Shown here: piece by piece, positions 1-12,968 of the stretch
Layout: every line of letters starts with the position of its first letter
Numbering within the stretch: position 1 is the stretch's first letter
Assembly: GCA_050575255.1 (NCBI GenBank)
Contig: JBNZDD010013704.1
Coordinates: 6,925,006 to 6,989,005, forward strand
DNA: 64,000 nt
Direction: 5' to 3'
DNA from: Harriotta raleighana
Lineage: Eukaryota
Made by a program: the position numbers and the translations under genes
The notes under the pieces: model-generated
What the model was told of the DNA's origin: nothing
The model's database searches: none
What the model saw: only the letters and a program-made list of their open reading frames with translations

Positions 1-590
1 GTAGTGGGGATGGGGATGAGGGAGGAGAGGTTAGCCCCCCGGGTCTGTGACCGGTGTGGCTTGCGGCAGTGGTGTGGGATGGGGCAGTCTGTGTGGCTGC
101 TGCTGGACAACCAACGCCGAGTGCCACGGATTCCCAGGCTGGAGCAGAGGGAGGCTGTAGGGGGGTCGAGTGGGGATAGAAGGCGGGGAGAGCGGAGAGA
201 GAGCAGGGTAGAGCGGGAGAGTTGCAGAGAGGGTCTGGAGAGGGGTAGGGAGGGGGGAAAGTGGGAGAGAAGGATAGGATGGGAGTAGAGGATAGAGGGG
301 ATTGGGAGGGCAGACATTTGGGATGGTGGGGGAGGCTCGGGTCGGGACGGCAGCCAAAGTGCGCACGCAGAGAGCCGAGAGCAAGGGATCAGTGGGGCGG
401 CATCATCCCTGAGGATGTGTGGCCATGGCTAGGGGGTGACTAGCCAAATCAGCCCTGCCATTGACACCTATCCTGAGGGTGGGGGAGGGTGATGATCTAT
501 CTGTACAGCTGCTGATGATCTAATTCTAATGTGCTGATGCTCTATTGTGTGGAGGTGATGCGCTGCTAATGATGGGAGGAGTTGCGCGGG
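1..590 (-). mobile_element. Probable 5' region of an L2-clade LINE, continuing off the window start
   Basis: GC/CpG-rich. The minus strand ends in ...TRGANLSSLIPIPT at the window edge, resembling the segment before the endonuclease in fish/shark L2 ORF2. Confidence 0.45.
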
Positions 591-603
591 TTAGTTTTTT
601 TTA

Positions 604-731
604 ACAACCGGGTTCCTACTTACTGCAAGGTAAACAGAGGCCTGTGGGGTAGGGAAACTTACCAAAGGTTTTCTCGCGACCAGGAATCGAACCCAGGTCC
701 CCTCGCTTGTGAGGAAGGTGCTCTAACCAAC
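604..731 (-). mobile_element. tRNA-derived SINE head plus CORE-like segment
   Basis: Reverse complement TGGTTAGAGCACC...GGGTTCGATTCC (A and B boxes), then CCTTTGGTAAGTTTCCCTAC...CCTCTGTTTACC. Same head as the full SINE copies. Confidence 0.85.
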
Positions 732-1139
732 ACATTATAGGACTCTAACAAATAGTAAAAGTGATATGTGTATGGTGTCTTTCATATCAGGAGTACCCTT
801 CAAAGCTTTTGACTCTGCTGACGAGGCACCTGGGCTGAGGTGGGAAGCCAAAGGGCTGAGGAAAGGAACGATGGTTTGGTCATCATGATCAAAGAGGTAA
901 GAATTGAGAAAGACCAACTATGAATTACCATTTGTTCGTTGAACTGAAATGTGCGACTGCAGCTATTCGGACTAATAATTCAGATGTTTTGCGCTGGAAA
1001 CATTGCTCGCGTTTAAATTATTTCACATATTTTAACTCACTAAAACAGACCGCTGCGTTAAGAGTCCAATCGATAGCAGTTCAGACACTGAGCCTTTGGG
1101 TGCCAGCCAAATAAGAAATATTTCATTCTCTTGTGGTTT

Positions 1140-1300
1140 CATAGAATCATAGAATCATGGAGGGTTACGGCATAGAAGGAGGCCATTCGGCCCACAGAGC
1201 AATGTCACTTTTATTAACCCCAATCACCGGCTTTCTCCCCATAACCCTGCAAACCCGTCTTCCCCAGATACCTATCCAGTTCTCTCTTAAAACCCAATCC
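1140..1300 (-). mobile_element. CR1 LINE 3' end
   Basis: CATAGAATCATAGAAT tail and GGAGGCCATTCGGCCC, the reverse complement of the CR1 3' end at 63735-63782. Confidence 0.85.
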
Positions 1301-1426
1301 CCTGTAAAAAAAAATTGAAACCGATTTGTCCAAGTAGAAATGGTTAAAGATAAAGGACTTCTATCCAACTGGAGGAGGACGAGGAGGAGGATGAGGGTGG
1401 GTGTCTCTTCTTTTATTCAAATGTAC

Positions 1427-1460
1427 CTGCGATCGGCGAAAGTGCACATATCGAATTCAT
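1427..1460 (-). other. Candidate short first coding exon (MNSICALSPIA, phase-1 donor)
   Basis: ATG at 1460 and CAG|GTACAT donor at 1427/1426 in non-repetitive DNA that retains CpGs. Gene not recognised. A plus-strand donor AAG|GTAGGT at 1489/1490 competes. Confidence 0.25.
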
Positions 1461-2916
1461 GAAAAATGCAGTTTTTGTCTATGGGCAAGGTAGGTGGGGG
1501 GTGGTGGTGTTACAATAAAGATGTAGCGTGCAAAGACTCCACCTAAGTCGCTGACACACCTGCTCCCTCTCACGGAAATCTGTGGAGGACATTCTGTGAA
1601 AGCAGCAGAGTGTCACATTGCAGGAAAGGGCTGGCTTTGTTCCTTTGTGTCTTGCAGGCTTTGAAGTCGTTGTTCTTCAGTTGTCATGACACGCAACTGT
1701 CAGTTGCTTGTTAATTGGATGGGGAGTGGGAGGGGGGGGAGGAGAAGGAGAAAATAGTTTTATGATTATCTCACTTCTATTGTGTTTGGATGGAAACGTG
1801 CAGTCAATCTTAAAAATAAAAATCCTGATGGGGAAGGAGCTCCATAACTCTAATTTTGTTGTTGTTGTTGGTTTACTTCACACTCCAAGAGCTTGGAACA
1901 TAACACAGACAATAGCATATCCAGGGAGATAGACTGCTCCACCGCCCCACCCATCTCCCCCCCCCGCCCTCCACCATCCCACCATCCCCCACCTACTAAC
2001 AAGCATATTGATTTGATTTCTCCCATTTGGGCTCTGTCATCATGGTGGGGTCGAAATTGAGGTGATTTACAACAGGGTTCATCAGCGATGACTCCCAAGT
2101 CCCCTAGAGGAACTCCCAATGGTAAGTGGATTTACAGTGCACTTCAGATGCCAATGTATTCCCTGTTTGTGACTCAAAGTAATTGTAATAGAATCCTGTT
2201 ACAAATCACTGCAATTTCAACCTATTAATAGGAATCATTTTTAACGATAGGCACATAGTTTAACACTGTTCTGTAGACTCAGACTTGAGCCTAATTCAGG
2301 GCACACTATAGCACTGACTACTGGTCGCTCATTCATCATGTCACGTCCTGTGAGCTGTGCATGTGTTTAGTATGCACAACACTGCTGACTGCACTTGCAA
2401 GCATTTCCAATATTTGGTCTGTACAGGCAGCTGGCCATTCAATAAATAATAATACGAAGAAAAAGCAGTGATCCGCACGTCTGATGTACCTCAGGTCCAC
2501 TGTTTAACTATGCTATAAGTGGATTAGTGTTATACCACAGGTATGACGGGGTCAGTTGATATTTGTCTCAAACAAAACAAAGGCTACAGATTGGAGGGGG
2601 AAAGTGGGCAAAAGCTCTTGCAGATGGAACACGAAAGAATACAGTGTTTCTGGCCTCTAATCATGAAAAGGATGTAAATGATGTCCCCTTAGGAAATTAG
2701 CTCCTGCCTATTCATACACAAAATATACAGTCAATCCACTTTACAATATAATCTGTGAAGTGCTTTGAGACGTCTCAATGACGTGATATAAAATGCAAGG
2801 ATTACTTATTATTATTACGTAAAAATGGAACTGTGCTTTGACCTGAGTCCTGGTGATGCTGTGGTGGTTATGAATGGGTGATCATCGAATGGGGTGTAAT
2901 AATAGCAAAATAATAA

Positions 2917-3355
2917 AAATAATAATCCTTGCATTTGATATAGCGCCTTATCACATCTTCCAGATGTCTCAAAGCCCTTCACAGAATATAGTGTAAAGTT
3001 AAATGACTGTATATTTTGCATGCAAAATGTAGACTCAATTTGGCCCAGTAATGTACAACAAACATCTGTGTGAAGAGTGACCAAATGATAATTCCTTTTT
3101 TAAGGGATTATTACCCACAGAAAAGCGATTCAGCAATTAGTAACAACTGGGTTCTTACTAACTATTTCTATAGAAATAGAAANCCCACAGAAAAGCGATT
3201 CAGCAATTAGTAACAACTGGGTTCTTACTAACTGCTAGGTAAACCGCTGTGGAGTAAGGAAATTTAGCAAGGCCAATGTTTCGCCCTGTCTGGATATCGA
3301 ACCCGGTCCGCACGCTTGCGAGGTGCGTGTTCCAGCCACTAAACTACAGGACTCC
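2917..3355 (-). mobile_element. Full-length tRNA/CORE/Deu-type SINE
   Basis: Head at 3300-3355. Tail AATAATAATCCTTGCATTTGATATAGCGC at ~2917-2948. N-junction duplication inside. Confidence 0.85.
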
Positions 3356-3879
3356 ACATGTGAGTGTATGTGTGAATCTCCTGGTAATGTATCTTATGGT
3401 TTCGGCAGAATCTCCCAGTCTTTAGCCAGCGGGAAGGGGAACTAAACTGCGGTCGATTACAACAGCATGTATGTGTGTGATTGCTGATGTTGTGGACTAT
3501 AGGCGAGTATATAAATATGAGTACCTGCTTAAGTCTTGTAGCTCCAATTTTATATTATTCTCATTTCTGACAATGTAATAAAATAATAATCCTTGCATTT
3601 GATATAACAATTTTCACGTCATTGTAGTGTCACTGCCACTCCCACCCCAACCCCCAACCCCCCCACCCAAAATTAATTGGAGTGTCAGCCCAAACCAAGA
3701 GCTCAAAGTCCCCAAATGAAACTTGAACCCATAACCTTCTGACTGAGAGGCATGAGTAGCAATGTTGCCACCATGCACTATTTACACTCCCTGGTTCTGG
3801 ACAAGGAAATGCATCAGCAAATGCCCTTCCATACCCACCCATACATTGAATTGTTGCCCGCCAGTTCCTTGTTAAACTC

Positions 3880-4080
3880 CATGTCACAGAGTGGATCAAT
3901 TTCAAGCTCCTCACTCATCTATTTAAATCCCTTCACACCCTGGCAACTTCCTATCCAACCTAGTCTCCCTATACTGCCTCCACTCGACTGGCTCTGCCCT
4001 CTGCCCTTTCAGCCCCCATGCCCCGAAACTGCAGAACTCTCCACCTCCAGCCCTTCGCCTTCCCCCCACCCTCTATCCCC
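3880..4080 (+). mobile_element. L2 ORF2 C-terminal fragment, degenerate
   Basis: Encodes WINFKLLTHLFKSLHTLATSY, matching the RIDFKILVLTFKAIHSL motif of the L2 copy at 44165-44864. Confidence 0.6.
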
Positions 4081-4131
4081 ATTTTCAGTTTGAGCTTTGA
4101 GTTTGAGCTCTTTGATCATGATTACAGTTAC

Positions 4132-4318
4132 CTTCCCCTCCCCCAGGCTCATCATCGAGCTCCGCCACTGTTAAGTGCTCCGTCGCATGTGTGTGCGTTC
4201 TGCTTATCTGGTAACAGTTATTTGTGATGCTTCTGGTGATTGAGAAAGGAATGTTCCAGTCTGCTGTCCATATGATCTGTTTCGGATGTCCTAGCTCATG
4301 TATCTCTGAGTCAATGTC
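4132..4318 (-). other. Candidate exon (187 nt)
   Basis: Acceptor CCTTACCGTTTCAG| and donor GAAG|GTAACT. Open frame DIDSEIHELG...AELDDEPGGGE, or internal start MMSLGEGK. Local CpG retention. No recognised homology. Confidence 0.25.
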
Positions 4319-4879
4319 CTGAAACGGTAAGGATGTCAAACTGTATGCCTTCAAAAAGCTTTTTTGGCACAATAACAATTGACATAAGCTAAGAGGCTCC
4401 TATGGGAAACCAATACAACTGAACCTTCCTATCTGCCATAAAACCAAAGACTACAATATTTTGTTGATATTGTTGTTACCCATATGGCTGTGCGATCTGT
4501 AACGATTTCTCAGATTTCCAAATTCCAATTGTTTGTTGATTGCCAGGTAATAAAATGATCATCAGACTTTTTAATAAATTGCTATTGTTTTGTTCACGCC
4601 TTACGGAGATTCACACATTTTAAATAAATCCATCCGAGGGAGTTTTCAATGTTTATGGCCTCAATAAAATCTCCTTATTGATACTACAGGAAATACACTA
4701 GGAGAGGATTTCTTTTCATTCGTGATATGTCTTGAAAAACAGTCAAAACATTTATTTTCAAAATAATTGCTGGATGGAACATAACATGCATTGTATACAA
4801 CTCTTTTCTTCCTTCTTGGCAAGCAATTAACTACCATCTGTTTCAACTTAAGTTATCCCTCAAGTATCATCAGTTCGAG

Positions 4880-5160
4880 CACGCAAACACATACACAAAC
4901 ACACATACACTTGTAAACATGCAGACAGACATACCTCTATATCAACATACATCCACAAAATAGTCATTCCATTTTACAGTATATCCTGCTAAACACTTTG
5001 GAAAGGTCCTCCTGATGTGAAAGATGTTTTTCCAAATGTAAGGATTATTTTACATATAGACACAGACACACCTCTGCAAACACATCACTGTACACACAAA
5101 CATCACCTATACACATGCTCGGACAGATCTCTCTACACACACATAAATACACACATCTAC
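4880..5160. repeat. Degenerate (CA)-rich low-complexity region with a SINE tail inside
   Basis: Runs such as ACACATACACAAACACACATACAC. Confidence 0.6.
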
Positions 5161-6253
5161 AATGATCTAACTGGACTGCTCTCCTTTTAGTGATCAAGGA
5201 GAAGGAAGAAGATGTAAGCCTACAAATACGACTTACATTTATATAGCGCTCTTCACTTAGGAGAGCATCCGAAGCTTACTCTGACAGAAGCATATGTCTT
5301 CACATCTATGTGGGTTCTCTAACATTCAGATTTTCTTTCTGTGACTATCAAAATCATTGCTCCCCTCATATTATGCACTGTAGAGTATTTCCAGAATTTA
5401 TTTTATTGAGGCTATAAACATGAAGAATCCTGCAAATCTATTTAAGCGCATCACGTGATTACAACAACAATAACAACAATACTATATTATATTTGTTTAG
5501 CGCCTTTCACATCGGGATATATAAATAAACCTCTGGCAAATGTTGTAACACCATTTAAAGCTAACTTCCTATCTTGAAGGCGTTTAAAGTCTCCTTTTAC
5601 TGGGGTATGGTTCCTACGAGCACTAAGTAAACCACTAATACCTTATCCAAGTGACTTATTAATTCCTGAGATTTTAAATCAAATTTTCACAAGCTCTTAT
5701 CCATGGAGAGAGAAGGAAGAATTACAGCCAAGCCTGATTGTACCTTTGCCCATTTACCATCATCAAGTAATGCTCCTTCCTGGAATTAGATATTAATTTC
5801 TCTATGAACTTGTGTTGCGGGTTGTGTGTTAAACATTTACCAGTGTTCTCAAGTTTGGGCTTTAATTTTTACAATTCAACTAACTAGGCACAATTCAACT
5901 AACTCTAGGAGTTGCTTGATGATTGGATCAGCACAGCTAAATGGCTTCCTTCTGCAGCATAAACTTTCTGGGTATCTCTGGGTATATTCTAGGAAATCTC
6001 ATAGATTACAGATGTTTAGTGAAAAAGTTTGAAATTGAATAAGCCTCTGGCAAGTGGGTGAAATACTTTCTGTTGATCGACAAGAGATTTTTTAAAGTAG
6101 TGTACATCTGCTTAGTCCCCTTTCATTGGGTCAAAAATAAGGTTTGAGCTGGCTGATGGTGAGAAATGTATTCCACCTGAATCTAGATTTACTCTATTGA
6201 TTTAGTATTTCAGACTGTGCAGAATTTTTCAAATTCTGTTTGTTGTAAGATCT

Positions 6254-6533
6254 ATAATAGTAATAATCCTTGCATTTAATATAGCGCTTTTCACATCTTC
6301 TAGACGTCTCAAAGCACTTCACAGAATATTCTGTAAAGTAAATTGACTGTATAATTATGCGCAAAACGCAGCAGCCATTTATGGACAGCAATGTCCCACA
6401 AACAGTCATGAATTGAGTGATCAAATTAATATTGTTTTTTGGAGGGATTATTATTAGGCATGTGGAGAAAGAAAAGTTGCCCAAGATTTCGCCCTGCCGG
6501 GAATTGAACCCGGGAATGAGAGCTCTAACCACT
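6254..6533 (-). mobile_element. tRNA/CORE/Deu-type SINE, near full length
   Basis: Tail, Deu-like CAGCAATGTCCCACAAACAG and head GCTCTAACCACTGAG. Confidence 0.9.
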
Positions 6534-6819
6534 GAGAAGCTCTTCCAAAATTAAGACTGATTTGAATAATTTGCTGAAGTCTGGCTGCTTCACAATAAAT
6601 AGAATAAACCTAGACTTGGGTGAAATCAGTATTTAGTTACCCGCTAAACACAATTTTAATGCTGAATACAATCCTTCTTGAAAGCAAAGATGAACTCTAC
6701 CATAACTCTACATTAACTCCAGCAGAGCATTGAACATCCTAACAACTCTATGTAAAACAAATCCCCCCCAATCTCCTCTGTTGATCCCTTGATAACTATC
6801 TAATCTGCACACCTGATAA

Positions 6820-7012
6820 AAATCCCTTAAAAAAAAAAAATTGGTCATTTCAATCTATGACTGTTTGTGGGACACTGCTGTGCACAATTGGCTGCCGAGT
6901 TTCGTGTACATATATACAGTCAATTCATTTTACAGTATATTTTGTGAAGTGCTTTGAGATGTCTAGAAGATGTTAAAAAGCTCGATATCAAATACAAAGA
7001 TTATTATTATTA
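6820..7012 (+). mobile_element. SINE 3' half
   Basis: CTGTTTGTGGGACACTGCTGTGCACAATTGGCTGCC, ending in (TTA)n. Confidence 0.9.
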
Positions 7013-7824
7013 TCGTTATCGATGCCCTCTGATCACTAATTCCTTTAGAATCTTGCTCATCCATTAAGTCTGATAAATCTTTTCTCTGAAGTTCATAGGA
7101 TTACAATGTTCTTTTCGTACATTTCCCATTTTGTACATTACAATGTACTCTACATAGCACTCTACAGACAACAGAAGCCTAAAGAAAACTGTTCACAAAT
7201 ATTCGAACTCAATGAGGTTTCAGTGTACAGTGCGTTCTAATGACAAATTGCTAATTGGATAATTTCAGCAAAACTTACATAGTGCCTTCCACATAGGAAT
7301 TTCCAATAAAGTGCATCTGCTGTGTGCAGAGCAAGCTCACAAATCATAAGCAACAATGGGGTTGAACAAGCAATCCTCAGGAAAACTATAATATTACTGG
7401 CTGCTCGCCACGAGGCAATCATTTCAGGATGTAAATTGTATTGTCTACAGGGAAACCCATGCACACGAGCCCTTGGCTCTGACCCGATATTGTCTTTCCC
7501 TAAAGGAGCACAGTTTATGCAGGGGGATTTTCAGCATGTTTCACGTTGACTCACATTCACGCTACAAAGTTCTTCACAAATTGTCACAGAAAAAGATTGA
7601 GTGCAACATTACAATAGAAAAAGAATTTGTAGGAAGGAAGATATGTAGCATGAATGAATGAGAAAAGCTAGTAATCATTTGTTTTTTTAAAAAAATATTG
7701 GAGAGAATAAGCCAGGAGTGATAATGGGTGGGAGCGATAAGCGTCTACCACAACATAAACAATTTGCATTTATTTAGCACCTTCAGGTAGGGTGCTTCTT
7801 GGAATGTTTAAAAGTAATGAAGTT

Positions 7825-8118
7825 TATAATAATCCTTGCATTTGTTATAGTCCTGTTCATGTCTTCTAGACATCTCAAAGCGCTTCATAGACTATACTCT
7901 AAAGTGAATTGATCTTTTACAGTATTTGTAGGCGAAACTCGGCAGCCAATTGCACACCGCAATGTCCCACGAACAGCAATGAATTGAAGTGGCCAATTTA
8001 TTATTCTGAGGTATTATTATCAGGCATGTGGACTAAGGAAACTTGTCCAGGGTTTTGCCCTGATGGGAATCGAACCCAGGTCTATCATTTACAAGGCGAG
8101 TGCTCTAACCACTGATCT
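7825..8118 (-). mobile_element. Full-length tRNA/CORE/Deu-type SINE
   Basis: Tail, body and head GGAATCGAACCCAGG...GTGCTCTAACCACTGA. Confidence 0.9.
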
Positions 8119-8744
8119 AGAGGGGAGATGAACAAAGACCTGGTTGAAGAAGAAAGAAGTATACTGGAGAAAATAAGAGAGAGTGTATAATAGGAATGTA
8201 TAAGTAATGGAAGGGGGAGAGAGTTTTTTAGCCCTTGGGATGTCATCCCGACATGAAAGGCGCTATACAAATGTAATTTTTGTTGTTGTACAGTATATTG
8301 TATCATTGATCATAACACGAGCAATAATACCAGATAGTGATATCAAAGCCAAGACATTACAGAGTACATGAAACAGAACTGGCAAAAAACATGTAACCGA
8401 CAGAAAAAATATCCTGTTGATCTAAGCACACTGAGGACCCCATTCAACACCTCTTTAAATCAACACTGCTTTCAAGACAGGAACTGGCCCGTGGTTCCCC
8501 TCTAACTGCAGGTGGCAAAGGAAACTCCTGAACTGCATTTTAATTGTTGTCTCTTATGAAGAATTCTTGGCGTATAGATCAGAAATGACTGTTTACTATT
8601 TGTGGTGTGTGATACTGTTGCTTCTGGCATATTTCAACATTCATATCAAAGATGATGGAAGGAAAATAACATCTTCCAGAGTATTGTCTTACATTACAAA
8701 ACTTGGGTCAGACTAAGTTCACGAGGAATTTTTTTTTCCCAAAA

Positions 8745-8876
8745 GAGCTGCTGTTCCGAATTTTGAGGGATTTACCGGACACGGGGAAAAAAATGAACAG
8801 TGTTTGGATTTTGAAATCTTGCCGGTTTTAGGGAGTTGCTGAATTACGGAATGTCAGATTATTGAGGCTTTACTAT
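8745..8876. mobile_element. Probable end of a Tc1/mariner (pogo/Tigger-like) MITE
   Basis: Repeated CCGAATT/CCGGTTT/CGGAAT subterminal motifs ending GATTATTGAGGCTTTACTATA. Partner TIR not found. Confidence 0.4.
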
Positions 8877-9460
8877 ATAGAGCTTTTCGCATCTTCTAGA
8901 CATCTTAAAGCGCTTCTCAGTGAACGCTGTAAAGTGAATTGACTGTATATAAAAATGTGGTCAAAATGCGGCAGCCAATTGCATACAGTAGTGTCCCAGA
9001 AACAGTCATGGATTGAAGTGACACATCTATTATTTTTTATAGGGATTATTATTAGAGATGTGGACAGAGGCGTGTTTAAGCCTTCACACTACTCGGTACA
9101 TTTTCCTAGGAGGCCTATCACTGACGTCACGTTTAACAAGTGTGCATGTACGCTTTAATAAGTGCACGCTCATGTGCAAAGTTTTTTTAAATTAACTTTC
9201 AACGGATGTGATGCCTCTTTAGGCAGACTGCCTGTACCCCGGGTCGGGGAGAGCTCTGGTGTACAGTTATACAGTTATGTAACATAGATAAGAGCACAGC
9301 ACACTCAAATCCTCCCATTTCGACGAATCTTTGCATTACTTTGGGGGGCCCGTCGGCCCACAATATGAGAGGCCTGTGGGTGCTTTGCACCGATTGCACT
9401 GACGTTAAAAACCCCTCTGGATGTGGATTAAGGAAATTTGTCCAAGGTTTCGCCCTCATC
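8877..9460 (-). mobile_element. tRNA/CORE/Deu-type SINE interrupted by a hAT element
   Basis: SINE body 8877-9064 resumes at 9420 with GATGTGGATTAAGGAAATTTGTCCAAGGTTTCGCCC. Confidence 0.85.
9065..9419. mobile_element. Non-autonomous hAT transposon (355 bp)
   Basis: Perfect 8-bp TSD GATGTGGA (9057-9064 and 9420-9427). Imperfect TIRs CAGAGGCGTGTTTAA / TTAAAAACCCCTCTG. Confidence 0.9.
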
Positions 9461-10204
9461 GCCATACCCCTTATTCCCTTTATAAATGAGAAATCTATCT
9501 AACCCAGTCTTGAATATGTTCAAGGACTGAGCATCAACAGCCCTTTGGGGTAAAGAATTCCATACATTTTGCAACTTTCCCTCACCTGTGGAATTTAAGA
9601 AATCATGGCATGCATTATGTGGTGACTAGTGACATAGAGCACCTTGATCCTTCGATGTTTTTGGCATACAGTCAATGTTAGGATGGTGTACATGACCAAT
9701 GTTGTGTGATAATGTTTCAAGGAGCTATGTTTTCGTAATACCAATCGTGAGACAATCTGTTTGACACTGATGGTTACTGCCACACTTAAAGCACAGCACA
9801 CTGGAAGGATTAAAGGAATTCTAAATAATTTTCTTCCATCACTACCCACAAAATCACAAGATTGGTCCAAATGAAAAATGTCCTTCGGCCCATTTAATCT
9901 CATTGTCAACAAATTACAATTATAGTGACCTTTATTCTAGGAGCATCTCAGAACTTCAGTGGCAGAGCTTGAAGCTGAGCAGCGGAGATATCCTTCCAGA
10001 ATACCCATCCCACTGTCTTCAAGGTGCTTTTTTTAAAATGACACCAACCTGATCTCATTCCACAAATGTCTTTGGTCTTACNGCTTTTTTTAAAATGACA
10101 CCAACCTGATCTCATTCCACAAATGTCTTTGGGCTTACAGATAGCATCAAGAAAGGTGACTGGCCCAAAGTTATTCCTGTGATGTGAAATTAGCCTCCTC
10201 TCAC

Positions 10205-10322
10205 TCACTACAAATATACAGTCAATTCACTTTACAGTATATTCTGTGAAGCGCTTTGGGACGTTGATAAGATGTGAAAAGCGCTATATCAAATGCAAGG
10301 ATTATTATTATTATTATTATTA
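10205..10322 (+). mobile_element. SINE 3' tail
   Basis: CTGTGAAGCGCTTTGGGACG...GCGCTATATCAAATGCAAGGA(TTA)n. Confidence 0.9.
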
Positions 10323-11899
10323 CAGGAAATGTGTGTGTTTATACTGTATATACAAACAATACACTTTGTATAGCACCTTTCATGTCAGGATGACATCTCA
10401 AAATGCTTCAAAGTGCTGGACTGATGTTCATATAACACTATCACAGCAAAGAAAGTGATTCCCATCACAAAGGGAAAAATGGCCATGTAACAAACACACA
10501 CCAAATATTGTAAATGAACAGCAGGATAATTTTTTGGAAAGTTTTCTAAATAAATTGCTTATTTGAGAAACAAATTTAATAACACCAGCTGGTGAGATGT
10601 GGATGCAAACTTTGGTCTGAGTCAGTATGCAGGCCGCAGCCAATCTTTAATTTGGTAATCTGGTGTTCACTTCCAGATTATGTGTCTTTAATCTTTAAAT
10701 GAACACCTTAAATTTTAGAGATGGGGTGTAAAATGAAGGTTAGAAGGTTTGGTTAAGGTTAGTTGTAATTGAAAGCATTTTCCCCTTTTAGAGTTAGTTT
10801 TATGGTTCAAATTAGGATTGGCAATCTAGATGGGTTAGGTCAGATTAGGTTGACCCAGAGAAGGTGCATGGTTTCAACATGGTGCTGATGGCGGCAGAAA
10901 AAGAACACTTAAATAAGTAGATCAGGAGCTCAGGTTGATTCAAGTCATATCTCTCAAGGTGAAAGATAAGAGGAGCACTAGTCTTATATTGAACTAGGGT
11001 TCTAACAGAGAGAAGTTGGAAGCAAGAGGTAAAAGAGGATCATCTAACAGACTTGCATCCTGTTTGGAGCACAAGAAGAGGTGATAGAACTCACAGTGAA
11101 CTTGCTTCATTTGGTTGGTGTGGTTTGTACTATGGGAAAAGTGCTTCCCAAATCAGAATTTACAATTGAAAAGCCTGAAGTAATATGCTACAGAAATCTA
11201 GGTCATAGAATGGGAAACAACCCCTCCCTCCCTCGCTGGAACATTCCTGTTATTACTTGCATGAAAGTAATCAACAAGCGTCTGCTTTTCATTTCCATTC
11301 AAGCAAGGAACTTGCATTTCCGACATTATTTGTCACCTGAAGCAAGATACCATCCGGGCGTTGATTTTAACCCATCAGGAAACCTTTCGTTTCATCTGGT
11401 TGTAACAAACAAATTCCCCAAACGTTAAGTCGCACAGTGAGCTGGCCAGAAACATGCAAAGGTACTTGTCAGGGGTTGCCTCAATGGTGTTGCTGACCAA
11501 GTTGTGGCTCTCACACCAACTTCAAGTGGATTCAAGTTGTATCAGGTGTAGAGTCATTCCTTGGAATCTTAAATGGATTTCATCCAGATTGAGTCACAAT
11601 CATTCTTGTACAATTGCCATGCTCCTGCAGCTGCCCGGTACACATTTCGCAACCCAATGATTCACTCACTGCACGCCAAACCGAGGCCCTGTGCAATTTG
11701 GATTGATTGTGGTGATCTTTATTTACTCTCAGAGCCTGATAAAGAGGACAGGGGCACCTTTCCTATTTTGATTTCTTTTTGGTTGCTCATCAAACCAACT
11801 GGTTAAGTCTTGGGAATGGAGTACTGTACTTTTTTGCTCCAGTTACCTTGCAGTTCACCGCAGGCTGTTAGCACAGAAATATTATGGACCTGCAATGTT

Positions 11900-12325
11900 A
11901 TAATAATCTCTACATTTGATTTAAAATCTTTCACACTGAGAGGACAGGCCAGAAAGCTTCATAGTATATACGGTAAGGTGTACTGACTGTGTCTTTTGTA
12001 TGGCAAATAAGGCAGACAATTTGTACATAGGAACGTCCCACAAAGAGCCATGAAGTGAATGATCAATATTAACTGCGGATTATGTTAGTGGAAGAAACTC
12101 CCTTTAGTTTCCAACCCATGCTTTGGGATCATCAATATCCATCTGAACTGACAGGTGATTTCCGTGTCACCCGAAGGACAACACCTTCAACAATGCAGCG
12201 CACCCCAACAATGGGGTAGGCTATGATTTTCCAGTCCAGAGAGGGAGGTTGAACCCACCACCTTCTGATTCTTAATGGGAGACGGTTCAAATGTGCTAGC
12301 ACTCTACCTGATCCCAGCTGACACA
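11900..12325 (-). mobile_element. Old DeuSINE (SacSINE1/AmnSINE1-like)
   Basis: GTCCCACAAAGAGC, CCGAAGGACAACACCTTCAACAATGCAGC and GAACCCACCACCTTCTGATTC are DeuSINE-type motifs. Confidence 0.7.
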
Positions 12326-12589
12326 TATACAGAAGTGCTGCATACTTAGAAGGATATTGGCCAGCTTCGGGAGCCTAATGTGGAGGAGCATCGAACCCTG
12401 GATAAGCCCTGGAAATGCTTGAGACAACGTTCACCACTGACCAGCCTGGTCTCAGCACGCAGCACACAGGAGCAGTGAGGCTCAGTGACAGTAGAGGCAG
12501 GCTGGAGCCTTCTTCCTGTAACATCTTATTCAGAAGAAATAATCAAATAATAAGAATCCAAGATGATTTAATAATCCTTGTAATAATTC

Positions 12590-12968
12590 TTTGATCTAGC
12601 ACCTGCATTGTTGGGAGAACATCACAAGGTGTTCCACAAGATTTACTCTATTTTGTGGGTGAACACGGTAATTTCCCATAAACTGCATGAAGTGAATGAT
12701 TGATATTATCTGGGGATTGTTGGTGAGGGCACCAAAATAAATTTTCTTCTCTTGCAAAAAGTGGCATGGGATTTTTAACATCCACCTAAACAGGCAGAAG
12801 GGTCCTCATTTCAACATCTAATCCGATGGATGGCACATCTGATGAAGCAGCTCACCTCCTAGCACTGCATAGGAATGTCGTAGTCAAGCTCGTAGTCCTG
12901 ATGTGGGGTTTGAATTCACAACAATATGATTCAGAGAAAAGAGTGATAACAGCTGAGCCAGGCTGACA
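12590..12968 (-). mobile_element. Old DeuSINE
   Basis: GGCATGGGATTTTTAACATCCACCT, ATGGCACATCTGATGAAGCAGC and head CTGAGCCAGGCTGACA. Confidence 0.75.
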
